Shown piece by piece: positions 54,934 through 63,951 of a DNA stretch of 64,000 nt. A program made the position numbers and the translations under genes. Below the pieces are notes generated by a model. That model ran no database searches and was not told where the DNA came from. It saw only the letters and a list, made by a program, of their open reading frames with translations. Within the stretch, counting starts at the first letter, position 1, and each line of letters starts with the position of its first letter. Location of the stretch: the IMG/VR virus record IMGVR_UViG_3300008259_005066, positions 124,001 to 188,000 of that record, one strand, 5' to 3'.

Positions 54934-56262
54934 TTACCAGGCGCCAATCACTATCATAATTTTGTGCGGGCCTGCACCGCACGTTTCCAGTGCTTTGCCC
55001 ACGATCACACCCGGGCGCCAGTCATTATCTGCTAGTTTTTCTGCATGTCCAGCACGGCCTGACGTGGTCAGCACATCGCCTTTGGCCACAGGACCTACCA
55101 CCCAGCAAGGTACACGTCCTGCCATGGCTATGGGCACACCTGCTTGACCTGCGTTCATGATATAGGCAGGATCAGTGGAAATCACACCGGCCAATCGTTG
55201 ATCAGCATACTGGTAACTTTCTGTGACTTCGCTGTCGCCCGCAAAAATCATTACCCACCCGGGCTGATAAGCGCCATCGGCAGCAAAATATTCCGCCAAG
55301 TCCGCATACTGAGCAGATGTTGCTTTGGCAAATATAGTATTGAAATATGTGCCGCTGGAACCAATGTTGCCAACGCCGTTGGCATTGTTGTTGAATATGT
55401 TGCCTACACTTAAATTGCCAGTGCCAACATCTAGCCCGCCGCCGCTGGATATCGTGGCAGGAGTGGTCCCATCTGCGGCAAAGAAACCAATGGCATTGCC
55501 AGTTTGGTTGGTCAGTATCACGTTGCCAAGATAGATCGAATTGCCTGCTAGATATAGATCATTCCATCTCAGAGTGGTGTTGCCCAAATCATAAGTGACG
55601 TTGGCTGTCGGTAACAGATTGCCTGTGATATTGACTTGTGCGGTAGCGTCACTGACATTTACAATAGCATTGCCAGCGGAGTTGCTGATTTCTGTGACCA
55701 CTTGTAACTGGCTTATGAAACGTATTTCAATTTGATCCGCCACCGATGGAGCTTCTGTGAATGTTATGACGTTGCCTGTGACAGAGTAAGCAAAAACAGG
55801 AACTTGGCTCACACCGTTGATGCTGACCAAAATAGAATCAGATGTAGCAGTTTCATTCAAGGCAAATACCGAAGTTGCGCCATCGCCATTGATAATTTGG
55901 CTGGTGATATCTACTAAATCTTGACCTACCACATCCCACTCAGTGCCGTCATAGACTTCGACCAACAATGTATTGGTATTGAATCGCAACGCACCTTGAT
56001 CAGGTGATCCGGGACGCTGTGCAGTATTACCCGTGGGTATGGTCAGCGCAGTGGTACTAGTAATCTGTGTCACACCAGCAGAGGCAGGTATCAGCACTAG
56101 ATTACCTGTTGTGGCTGTTAAAGTAACGTTGGTGTTGGATGTGATTGCTGTGCCGTCAATGGTAAAGTTATCAACTATCAACTGGCCTTGGATATTGGCT
56201 GTGGTTCCATTGAAGGTAAAGTTAGCACTGTCCACTAGATAACTAGTTTCCGCCGGTGACAT
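54934..56262 (-). CDS. C-terminal part of frameshifted giant virion protein (Peptidase G2-like end)
   Basis: Paralogous to the C-terminal ~430 aa of 51330..54875; no SD or promoter at its start. Confidence 0.7.
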   Translation of the reverse strand: MSPAETSYLVDSANFTFNGTTANIQGQLIVDNFTIDGTAITSNTNVTLTATTGNLVLIPASAGVTQITSTTALTIPTGNTAQRPGSPDQGALRFNTNTLLVEVYDGTEWDVVGQDLVDITSQIINGDGATSVFALNETATSDSILVSINGVSQVPVFAYSVTGNVITFTEAPSVADQIEIRFISQLQVVTEISNSAGNAIVNVSDATAQVNITGNLLPTANVTYDLGNTTLRWNDLYLAGNSIYLGNVILTNQTGNAIGFFAADGTTPATISSGGGLDVGTGNLSVGNIFNNNANGVGNIGSSGTYFNTIFAKATSAQYADLAEYFAADGAYQPGWVMIFAGDSEVTESYQYADQRLAGVISTDPAYIMNAGQAGVPIAMAGRVPCWVVGPVAKGDVLTTSGRAGHAEKLADNDWRPGVIVGKALETCGAGPHKIMIVIGAW

Positions 56263-59200
56263 TGCCTGTGGCCGATATGGTAGTTGCTGCCGATACGGCA
56301 GAATTGGAAATTAAATTACCAACACTGACGTTGCCATTGACGTTTGCCTGTCCTGTGGCTGAGATATTGGCCACATACAAATCGGTTATGCTAACATTGC
56401 CAACCACTGCTGAATTGGCAATGAGATAGTTGCCCTGCACGTTGGCTGGCGTGGTTATGTTGCCTGTGCTGGTCAGTGTTCCTAGATTGATGATGTTACC
56501 ACTGGTCACATTGGCCAAGATAGTGATATTACCACCATTGATGTTGCCGGATCCTACAGATAAATTACCTGCTGTGACGTTGGCGACAATGACTGCGCTG
56601 TTGGCTATGTTTAGATCTTGTCCCGATATCAATGCGTTGGATATGACATTGCCACCAGTGATGTTACCAGTGGCAGTGATTGTTGTAGACGCACTGATCG
56701 CGGCATTGGAAACTAAATTACCACCGGTAATGTTACCGGTAGCTGATACAGTAGTAGCAGCCGATACAGCGGCGTTTGATGTCAAGTTACCACCGGTAAC
56801 ATTACCGGTAACATTGACGTATCCGGTGGCTGAGATATTTCCTACATCTAGATCTGTGATCGTGACATTGCCAATCACGGCTGAATTAGCAATGAGATAG
56901 TTGCCTTGCACATTGGCAGGAGTGGTGATGTTACCGGTACTGTCTATTGTTCCAAGATTAACGATGTTACCACTGTTTACATTGACTGTTACAGTGATAT
57001 TTCCAGTTGAAATATTTCCAGAACCAGTAGAAACATTACCTGCTGTGACGTTGGCAGTAATGACAGCACTGTTAGCGATAGAAAGATCTTGACCAGTGAT
57101 CAATGCGTTGGCTATGACATTGCCACCAGTGATGTTTCCTGTGGCAGAAATTTGGCCTGCTGTGGCTAGATTACCGCTGACTGTGTTGCCAACAATCAGC
57201 GCAGATTCTCCGTAGAGATTACCAATTTGCCAAGTTCCAAATTGATTGACAGTCACTATCTCGTTGGCGATGGTCACATCTTTGGCTGCCAGGAGATTTC
57301 CTGCGGAATTATCGTAACCTATGAAAGCAGATTTCTCAGAAGTTGAATAATACCACAGTTGCTCGCCGCGATCCTTGCCATCATTGGTAGTCAATGGAGT
57401 GTTGTTGGCTCCACGACCCATGGAAATGATTGGGTCCTCAATGTTGAGGCTGGTCACATTGTTGTAGACTAAATCGCCATTGACAGTGAGATTGCCATCT
57501 ATGATAGCATCGCCGTTGACTTGTAGATTGCCTTGGGCAGTGATGTCATCGCCAGTGATTGACCCAGTCACAGTGAGCGTGTCTGTTTGGATGTTACCAC
57601 CGGTGCCATATCCTACCTGGAAGATATTGGTTGCTTGGTCATAGGTTAAATTAGCGGATGCGCCAAAATCACTGTTGAGGTTGTATTGTATCTGGGTATT
57701 GGACCCAGCGGGCTGTTGGAAATCAACAGGAGCACCATTGGCATAATAGTATCCATCAGTGAGTATGTTGCCCACTGCGGCATTGCCGGTGATCGTGAGT
57801 GTGATTCCACTGATAGAACCGTTGGATATGATATTGCCACCCGTGATGTTACCAGTGGCAGTGACAGTGGTAGCGGCCGATATGGCAGCATTGGATATGA
57901 CATTGCCACCCGTGATATTACCAGTGGCCGATATAGTGGTTGTGGCTGATATGGCAGCATTTGAAGTCACATTGCCACCGGTGATATTGCCAGTGGCAGA
58001 AATTGTAGTCACAGCAGATATGGCAGCGTTTGACACTAAATTACCACCTGTGATATTGCCAGTGGCACTCACAGTGGTAGCGGCACTGATAGCGGCATTT
58101 GATGTCAAGTTACCACCGGTGATGTTACCAGTGGCCGATATAGTGGTTGTGGCTGATATGGCAGCATTGGATATCACATTGCCACCCCATACATTACCCG
58201 TGGCTGCCACAAATCCTTGAGTGCTGAGATTACCGACTATCGCTGTTTCGGTGGCTGTGAGAGTCGCGGTATAGACACCAAGATTGGCATTTAGATTGGC
58301 GGCCGTGATATTGCCATTGACTGTGAGGCTGTTGCCTACAGCATTACCAATGTTGGGTGTGACCAAATTGGCCCCGGGCTTGACTGATATATTGCCCGAT
58401 CCGTCAAAGGCCGTGGTGTCGTTGTCCACCTTGGCAGCGAACACAGTGCCATTGAGCACCAAACCTGCGGCTGTGTTGGCCGAGTAGACTTGGCTGGCAC
58501 TAAACTGTGTGAATTCAATGTTAGCATAGCCAATGATAAATGGACCTGGAGGTGCTGTTTTTACATAACTTTCTCCGGCTCCGGTGTTACCTGCCTGAAC
58601 ATAGAAATAGGAACCTTGGTCCAGACCAGTGGAAGTATCTGGTTCGTATGTATCCGTATCGCTAGAACGTGTGAGTATCCATGGCGCAGACACATTACCA
58701 GTCTGGCTGACCACATACACACCATTTTCATAGGCCAAGGCTTGCTGATAAACCAACACACGCTGACCCACTGTGGGATTGACACCATCCACGGTGAGTT
58801 GAGCATTGACATTGGCAGTGAGCGTGGCTCCTATACCAGAATTCACTGTCACACCTTGTGTGAGACCAGCCGCCGATGTGATGTTGGCCACTGGTACACC
58901 ATTGTAAATGGTAGTGAGCACGGCCGCTGATGCATTGGGAGTAGATACTACAAAATAAGCAGTGTTGCCTGCGATGCCAGAAAAAGAATTTGCAAACCAC
59001 AGTTGATCATTGATCTGCAGATTGGCCGCTGAAGAAAACACTACCACGTTACCTGCTATGGTATCTGTCACTGTGAAAGTGTTGCCGCCTTGGGTATAAG
59101 TTGCGGCGGGCAATGCTACCGGAGTCTCAACATAGACTGGAGTGTGGATATGGATTCCCGATGACACCGCATCGTCAACATATTGTTTGGTAGCGGCATC

Positions 59201-59980
59201 ATAGGACTGTTGTGGATTGGACAGCCCATTGATCCACTGTGAGTTCATCACTATGTTGCCAGTGCCGTCCCATTGTAGCACACCGCTGGCAGAATTCAGC
59301 GTGAGATCACCAGAACTGGTTGTGACAGTGTTGGTTACAATGTTGGGTGCTGTCACATTGCCAATGGCCACTATGTTGCCAGAAGAATACAAGTTGCCAC
59401 CATTGATATTGCCAGTGGCCGTGATTGTTGTGGCCGCTGAAATAGCGGCGTTGGATATGACATTGCCACCCGTGATATTACCAGTGGCAGTGACAGTGGT
59501 AGCGGCCGATATGGCAGCATTGGACACGATGTTGCCACCTGTGACATTGCCACCCACTGTGACTGTGTTTGAAATGTTTACGATATTGCCAGTGAAATAC
59601 TCCTGCACCACCAGATTGGCCACTACCAGGTTGCCAGATATGCTGACATTACCTATCACAGCGCCGGTGGATATCAAGTTACCAGCAGTTAAATTCGCAG
59701 TGACGGCTACATTGGTGCCATCATAGGTAAATCCAGAATTAGTTAGAGCTAACTGTGTAGACCCAGCATAAAATACGCCATTGGCCGTGGCCGAAGTGAT
59801 GCGAACATTTGACGCATTGGCCACACCCAAAACTGTGAAATCATCCGCAGGTGTGCTGGTTAGCACGCCAACACGATTGTTGTCTACATCAAAGTAGATC
59901 AGGTTGCCCTGGATGCTGAGATTGGCACCACGTTGCAGGTTGTCCTGCAATATATTGCCGGAAATGCGAGATATTGCCAT
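56243..59980 (-). CDS. N-terminal part of frameshifted giant virion protein (1245 aa)
   Basis: MAISRISG start, AATKQYVD motif, repeats; ends abruptly at a repeat (GNVTGGN-TAG). Confidence 0.75.
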   Translation of the reverse strand: MAISRISGNILQDNLQRGANLSIQGNLIYFDVDNNRVGVLTSTPADDFTVLGVANASNVRITSATANGVFYAGSTQLALTNSGFTYDGTNVAVTANLTAGNLISTGAVIGNVSISGNLVVANLVVQEYFTGNIVNISNTVTVGGNVTGGNIVSNAAISAATTVTATGNITGGNVISNAAISAATTITATGNINGGNLYSSGNIVAIGNVTAPNIVTNTVTTSSGDLTLNSASGVLQWDGTGNIVMNSQWINGLSNPQQSYDAATKQYVDDAVSSGIHIHTPVYVETPVALPAATYTQGGNTFTVTDTIAGNVVVFSSAANLQINDQLWFANSFSGIAGNTAYFVVSTPNASAAVLTTIYNGVPVANITSAAGLTQGVTVNSGIGATLTANVNAQLTVDGVNPTVGQRVLVYQQALAYENGVYVVSQTGNVSAPWILTRSSDTDTYEPDTSTGLDQGSYFYVQAGNTGAGESYVKTAPPGPFIIGYANIEFTQFSASQVYSANTAAGLVLNGTVFAAKVDNDTTAFDGSGNISVKPGANLVTPNIGNAVGNSLTVNGNITAANLNANLGVYTATLTATETAIVGNLSTQGFVAATGNVWGGNVISNAAISATTTISATGNITGGNLTSNAAISAATTVSATGNITGGNLVSNAAISAVTTISATGNITGGNVTSNAAISATTTISATGNITGGNVISNAAISAATTVTATGNITGGNIISNGSISGITLTITGNAAVGNILTDGYYYANGAPVDFQQPAGSNTQIQYNLNSDFGASANLTYDQATNIFQVGYGTGGNIQTDTLTVTGSITGDDITAQGNLQVNGDAIIDGNLTVNGDLVYNNVTSLNIEDPIISMGRGANNTPLTTNDGKDRGEQLWYYSTSEKSAFIGYDNSAGNLLAAKDVTIANEIVTVNQFGTWQIGNLYGESALIVGNTVSGNLATAGQISATGNITGGNVIANALITGQDLSIANSAVITANVTAGNVSTGSGNISTGNITVTVNVNSGNIVNLGTIDSTGNITTPANVQGNYLIANSAVIGNVTITDLDVGNISATGYVNVTGNVTGGNLTSNAAVSAATTVSATGNITGGNLVSNAAISASTTITATGNITGGNVISNALISGQDLNIANSAVIVANVTAGNLSVGSGNINGGNITILANVTSGNIINLGTLTSTGNITTPANVQGNYLIANSAVVGNVSITDLYVANISATGQANVNGNVSVGNLISNSAVSAATTISATGNVTGGN
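57827..58171 (-). repeat. coding tandem repeat, 5 x 69 bp (23 aa)
   Basis: Unit SNAAISA(T/A/V)TT(I/V)(S/T)ATGNITGGN(L/V/I)x; near-identical copies also around 59400-59530. Confidence 0.9.
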
Positions 59981-60007
59981 CGATAGCCCTTTTTACTATT
60001 TATGGGC

Positions 60008-60430
60008 TTATGGTTGTGTGGGCGCGACCACGCTCCTGATGACGTTTATGGGCTCGCCATCGGGCGGAGCCGAAGTAAAAGTTATGTCGTAACCACCGCC
60101 CGTGATTGAGTATGTGGTACCAGGTTGCTGATACACAGAACCTATGAACACAATGACTTGATCATCTGCAGAAATTGCTGTGGTATTGGTGAGGCTAAAA
60201 GTCAAGGTAGAGCCATCGCCGGTGTCGCTGTAGACATCTACATTGAGTTCTCCGCCTATGCCCACAGGGCGAAATACAGAACCGTTGAAAAATTCCAGCG
60301 TGCCTATGTCTGTGTTATAACGGAAACTGCCAAAAACCGGTGCTGTGGGACGTGTGCTGGAATCGCCAGCAGGAACCACTATGCTGGAACTACCGCTTTG
60401 CAGTTGACGATTTTTGACAAAGTAACCCAT
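60008..60430 (-). CDS. hypothetical virion protein
   Basis: RYNTDIGTLEFFNG and GDGSTLTF...VFIGSVYQ modules shared with the giant proteins. Confidence 0.65.
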   Translation of the reverse strand: MGYFVKNRQLQSGSSSIVVPAGDSSTRPTAPVFGSFRYNTDIGTLEFFNGSVFRPVGIGGELNVDVYSDTGDGSTLTFSLTNTTAISADDQVIVFIGSVYQQPGTTYSITGGGYDITFTSAPPDGEPINVIRSVVAPTQP

Positions 60431-60744
60431 TAGATAGTGGTGAAACTTGCGACTGTGGTGATAGCATTGTTGGCATTGGCATCGGCCCGCACTGTATCGC
60501 CTGGTCCCAACAGCAGTTTTTCACTGCCCGCATACAATTGATAGGTATCGTTGGCAGTGATCAACAGTTGGCTCAATATGGTGTTGCTGTTGCCGGCTGA
60601 GCTACCGCTGGGCACCACATACACATTGGCAACCACGTTGCCAGCTGAGTAGTTTGTGAAACTCAAAAATGTGATAGCCGTGTTGCCCGAACTGGTGTAG
60701 ATATTACCGGCTGCTGTTGTTACGTTTCCTACTGCTATAGTCAT
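60430..60744 (-). CDS. hypothetical virion protein
   Basis: 104-aa beta-rich ORF with SD AAGGA. Confidence 0.65.
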   Translation of the reverse strand: MTIAVGNVTTAAGNIYTSSGNTAITFLSFTNYSAGNVVANVYVVPSGSSAGNSNTILSQLLITANDTYQLYAGSEKLLLGPGDTVRADANANNAITTVASFTTI

Positions 60745-60754
60745 GATCTGTTCC

Positions 60755-61387
60755 TTAGAATATTATGCTGAAAACAATGGCTTTGGATTTGCTTATCAAC
60801 TCATCCTGATTGGCATCGTTGTTGAAGTATATGCCAGTGCCTCCGCTACCAGGCACATCGGATGTTATTGTGGCCGCATTGCCAATGGCAGTGGGAGTGG
60901 CGCCGTTGTATTCCAGCACCAAAGTTCCATCTAGTGTGAGTTCGCTGGTGGCATAATCAAATGTCAGACCGGCATTGCCACCAAATGTGCCATCTCCGTT
61001 GTTGAACTGCACCGCTGTGTTTGAACCACCCGGAACTACTGTGTTACCTGTGGCGATAGGAGTCCATGATCCTGTCAAGCCCGTGGTGTCTGTGGACGAG
61101 GTCAGTTCCCATTGTGCTGTGTTGTTGTTGTATCGCAGGCCTGCAAAGTTTGAAGCAGTGCGATGCGTGAGCAAACCAGAATTTGATGCGTAGCTTCCTG
61201 TGTTGGACGAGTTGACCAGGATGAACGGATCTTTGACATTGAGTTCGTCCACATTGATATAGGTCAAATTACCTTGCACCGTCAAGTTTCCACTCACAGT
61301 GGTATCCGTGTCGATATAGACCTTCTGCGTGGGAGGATCAATGGTCTGGATGTAGTAATCGCCGTCGATGCGTTTGTAACTGGTCAT
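60755..61387 (-). CDS. hypothetical virion protein
   Basis: GNLTVQGNLTYINVDELNVKDP module shared with the giant proteins; CTAAATA at 61404-61410. Confidence 0.65.
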   Translation of the reverse strand: MTSYKRIDGDYYIQTIDPPTQKVYIDTDTTVSGNLTVQGNLTYINVDELNVKDPFILVNSSNTGSYASNSGLLTHRTASNFAGLRYNNNTAQWELTSSTDTTGLTGSWTPIATGNTVVPGGSNTAVQFNNGDGTFGGNAGLTFDYATSELTLDGTLVLEYNGATPTAIGNAATITSDVPGSGGTGIYFNNDANQDELISKSKAIVFSIIF

Positions 61388-61971
61388 ATCTGCCCTTTTG
61401 CTGTATTTAGCAGGGTTTGGAATTCCAAAATTGGCATGCTACGCAGATTTTTCACTGTGTCAAAACCGGCCACTCGAGCGGATTGCAGGCCTTCTACCCG
61501 TATGAATTCTCTGGCAGGAAAATCCCCACAGATCTGTATGATCTGTTTGACCCAATTGCCGCTGAATGTGGGCGGATCCTGGCTTTTTTTGTAGAACTGC
61601 GTGTCAGCATAGAGATTGTTGAACTGCCCATTGGTGGTTCCAAGATCAAATCCCAGCAGGTAAATGCAGTGATATCCATCAAGACAAGCCAAGGCCACTG
61701 CATTGGGACCGGAACTGAATCCTTGATATTTGCTGTCCAATCTGTGCGCACCGCTTTCAGGCAAGGGTTTGCGGGTGTAGAAACGATGCTTCTTGGCATA
61801 GCCCGAATCTTGTATGGCCGTGGCGATGGGACGGTCAGTGGCTATCAGCACATCAGGTGTGAACGTGCGATACAAGGCATTGCATCCATACACTGGCCCT
61901 TGTGTTTTCAATTGTGCAAGATCGATGGGTTCGCGGCTGCGGCCGTTGCCCAAAACAAATGCTGTGGTCAT
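61384..61971 (-). CDS. MptE/GT42(CstII)-like Rossmann-fold protein
   Basis: AFVLGNGRSR, VYGCNALY, SSGPNAVALA, IYLLGFD. Confidence 0.5.
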   Translation of the reverse strand: MTTAFVLGNGRSREPIDLAQLKTQGPVYGCNALYRTFTPDVLIATDRPIATAIQDSGYAKKHRFYTRKPLPESGAHRLDSKYQGFSSGPNAVALACLDGYHCIYLLGFDLGTTNGQFNNLYADTQFYKKSQDPPTFSGNWVKQIIQICGDFPAREFIRVEGLQSARVAGFDTVKNLRSMPILEFQTLLNTAKGQI

Positions 61972-62006
61972 AAAAAATCCTCCCTGTATGTATCTGGGGA
62001 GGATTT
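61972..62006 (-). terminator. terminator hairpin that also occludes the downstream GGAGG SD
   Basis: AAATCCTCCC-N12-GGGAGGATTT, then TTT and ATG. Confidence 0.75.
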
Positions 62007-62022
62007 CCGAGCCTTAGGTATT

Positions 62023-62784
62023 TTAGCTGTTGTAGTTTTCTACGATGCCAAGATCCAAAAGATTCTGCTGTGTGCCTGTGTTACCAGATCCGGTTGTGCC
62101 CGATTTGATAACTGTGCCTTCGTCTGTAAAGAAGTTGGCAGCATAACGCACATCATTGACCACGCTGGTGGCAGCATAGGTAGATCCACCTGTGAAGTCC
62201 AAGATGAACTTGTTGGTCAACTTGCTGATACGGCGTGCTGTAGAGTCATTCAATGTGAACGTGATGTTCATATTGCCCGAAGTCAATGTTGTATCGGCTT
62301 CGTCGGCTAAGATGCAAACACCAACTGCGTTTACTCGACCTGTGCCGGTGCTACCAAGTGCGGCTGTAGCAGTAAAGATTTGACCCACTGTGGGTGTGCC
62401 AGTTACTCCGTAAGCAGTCCAATTGGTGTCGCCAACAACAGTGATGCGATACGCTGTGCCTGATACCAATGCTGTGCGAGCGGTCGTGCCACCAACCAAG
62501 AACTTGTGTGCGCCTTTTTGTGTGATGATGTAACCATCTTCTTCAGCAAAACCTGTGATACGCACACGGCATTTCACAGTGGGATAGTTTGCTGAATCCA
62601 CTGTGTTGGATCCACCAACCACACCTTCATATTCAGTGGCCGAACCAGGTGTGAAACCTGTGGGTACCACGGGTGCTGTCAGTGCTGAAAAAGGATTGAA
62701 GCCGATGTCAACTCCGGGATTAGCGCCGGTTGAAGAGTTATAACTCGTTTCCGAGATGTTTTTGATTTTGAGAGGACGTCCCAT
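62023..62784 (-). CDS. hypothetical virion structural protein (MGRPLKI N-terminus)
   Basis: 253 aa, strong TAAGGAG SD, late motif, own terminator. Confidence 0.65.
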   Translation of the reverse strand: MGRPLKIKNISETSYNSSTGANPGVDIGFNPFSALTAPVVPTGFTPGSATEYEGVVGGSNTVDSANYPTVKCRVRITGFAEEDGYIITQKGAHKFLVGGTTARTALVSGTAYRITVVGDTNWTAYGVTGTPTVGQIFTATAALGSTGTGRVNAVGVCILADEADTTLTSGNMNITFTLNDSTARRISKLTNKFILDFTGGSTYAATSVVNDVRYAANFFTDEGTVIKSGTTGSGNTGTQQNLLDLGIVENYNS

Positions 62785-62789
62785 TTTGT

Positions 62790-62877
62790 TTTCTCCTTAA
62801 AGAAGCCCAATGCGGGTTCTAGCCGCTACGCAGGGGGTTGATGCCTGCATAAAACGCTGAATTGCGTTGTGTAAGAG
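62790..62877 (-). ncRNA. candidate structured 5' leader RNA (unnamed)
   Basis: Three consecutive hairpins between late motif (62878-62884) and SD. Confidence 0.4.
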
Positions 62878-62880
62878 TAT

Positions 62881-63951
62881 TTATGATCTTTCGCCATTAA
62901 GCAGGGCTACCACCGGTGCCAGGATCTGTTGTTCCACATTGCCTGAATGGAACCAATGGAAATTGTGTTCAATATGGAAACGATTGGCATGCCACCAATC
63001 TCGTGTGTCTGCGTGATGCTGATTGACCACTTCGGCCACGAGATGCAACCTACTGCTGAAATTCTGTTTGAGATCATAGTCATCACAGAAAGTATGGAAT
63101 CCCAGTCGTTTCAACCATGCAGTGGTTCCAGGCGCACCCACCACAAGGAATAGTTGTCCGGCAGCGATGGGTTTCCAGATCTTTTCGCTAGTAAAACTGA
63201 TCAAGGCCGATGTCTCTGTGACCACATTGCACCATGCATCTTGATAGGCTGGATGCGCCAAAGAATGGTCGTTTTGTCCTAAGGTTTCGCCTTGCCATGC
63301 CATGGGAAAATCTCGTATGTTTGTGATGCATCGTTGTGCCAGTTCATCGCCTATGAGATTGGCCAATCCACGATATTGGTATGCAGTGATTGGATGCCCC
63401 TGATAGGGACAGCGATCATAGAAACTGTAGATAAACTTGTCCAGCAGTCCAAGATCTTTGACCATGGTATAGAACACCAAACGATGGAACGTGGGATTGC
63501 GATTGAGACAGGAGAACGCATGTGTTCTATCATGACTGGGGAACTCGCGACACAGCGATTGTTTTTTAAAAACAAACAACCAACTGGGATATGTAATCTC
63601 TCGGAGATGTTGATGCTGTGTGAGATCAAACTGGCTCAAACCAAAAAAACAAGGTATACGGAATTCACCAGCGATGTTATCCAGTATGATAGACTTGTCT
63701 CGATAGTCTGTGACAGGATCTTGCGTGCCGTCAAATATGATCTGTTCAAATCTGATGTTATCGGCGCTGGCCCGATCAACCACGGTCTTTACGTAATGTT
63801 CTATGTCTTGACCTTTGACTAAATTGCAGTCAATGACCAGGGTTGGACGATGGACCTGTTTCAACAACGGTTCATAGTGCTGGTGAGGATTGTTTTCAAC
63901 AAAATCAAACTGATCAGTGTTGAAGTTGTAGCGCCAATGCAGATCTTGCAT
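62881..63951 (-). CDS. putative GT-B/GT10-like protein (TEK motif family)
   Basis: CNVVTETS...FTSEKIWKPIAAGQ...GFHTF; ATAAGTA 5 nt upstream (63957-63963). Confidence 0.5.
   Translation of the reverse strand: MQDLHWRYNFNTDQFDFVENNPHQHYEPLLKQVHRPTLVIDCNLVKGQDIEHYVKTVVDRASADNIRFEQIIFDGTQDPVTDYRDKSIILDNIAGEFRIPCFFGLSQFDLTQHQHLREITYPSWLFVFKKQSLCREFPSHDRTHAFSCLNRNPTFHRLVFYTMVKDLGLLDKFIYSFYDRCPYQGHPITAYQYRGLANLIGDELAQRCITNIRDFPMAWQGETLGQNDHSLAHPAYQDAWCNVVTETSALISFTSEKIWKPIAAGQLFLVVGAPGTTAWLKRLGFHTFCDDYDLKQNFSSRLHLVAEVVNQHHADTRDWWHANRFHIEHNFHWFHSGNVEQQILAPVVALLNGERS

Noticed and set aside
56243-56245. TAG stop-codon reassignment explaining the broken genes
   Set aside because: Reading through this TAG hits TAA a few codons later and the gene continues in another frame. 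TAG also ends normal genes (26486, 31114).
57827-58171. CRISPR-like array
   Set aside because: The repeats are contiguous in-frame 69-bp coding units with no unique spacers, and no cas genes are present.
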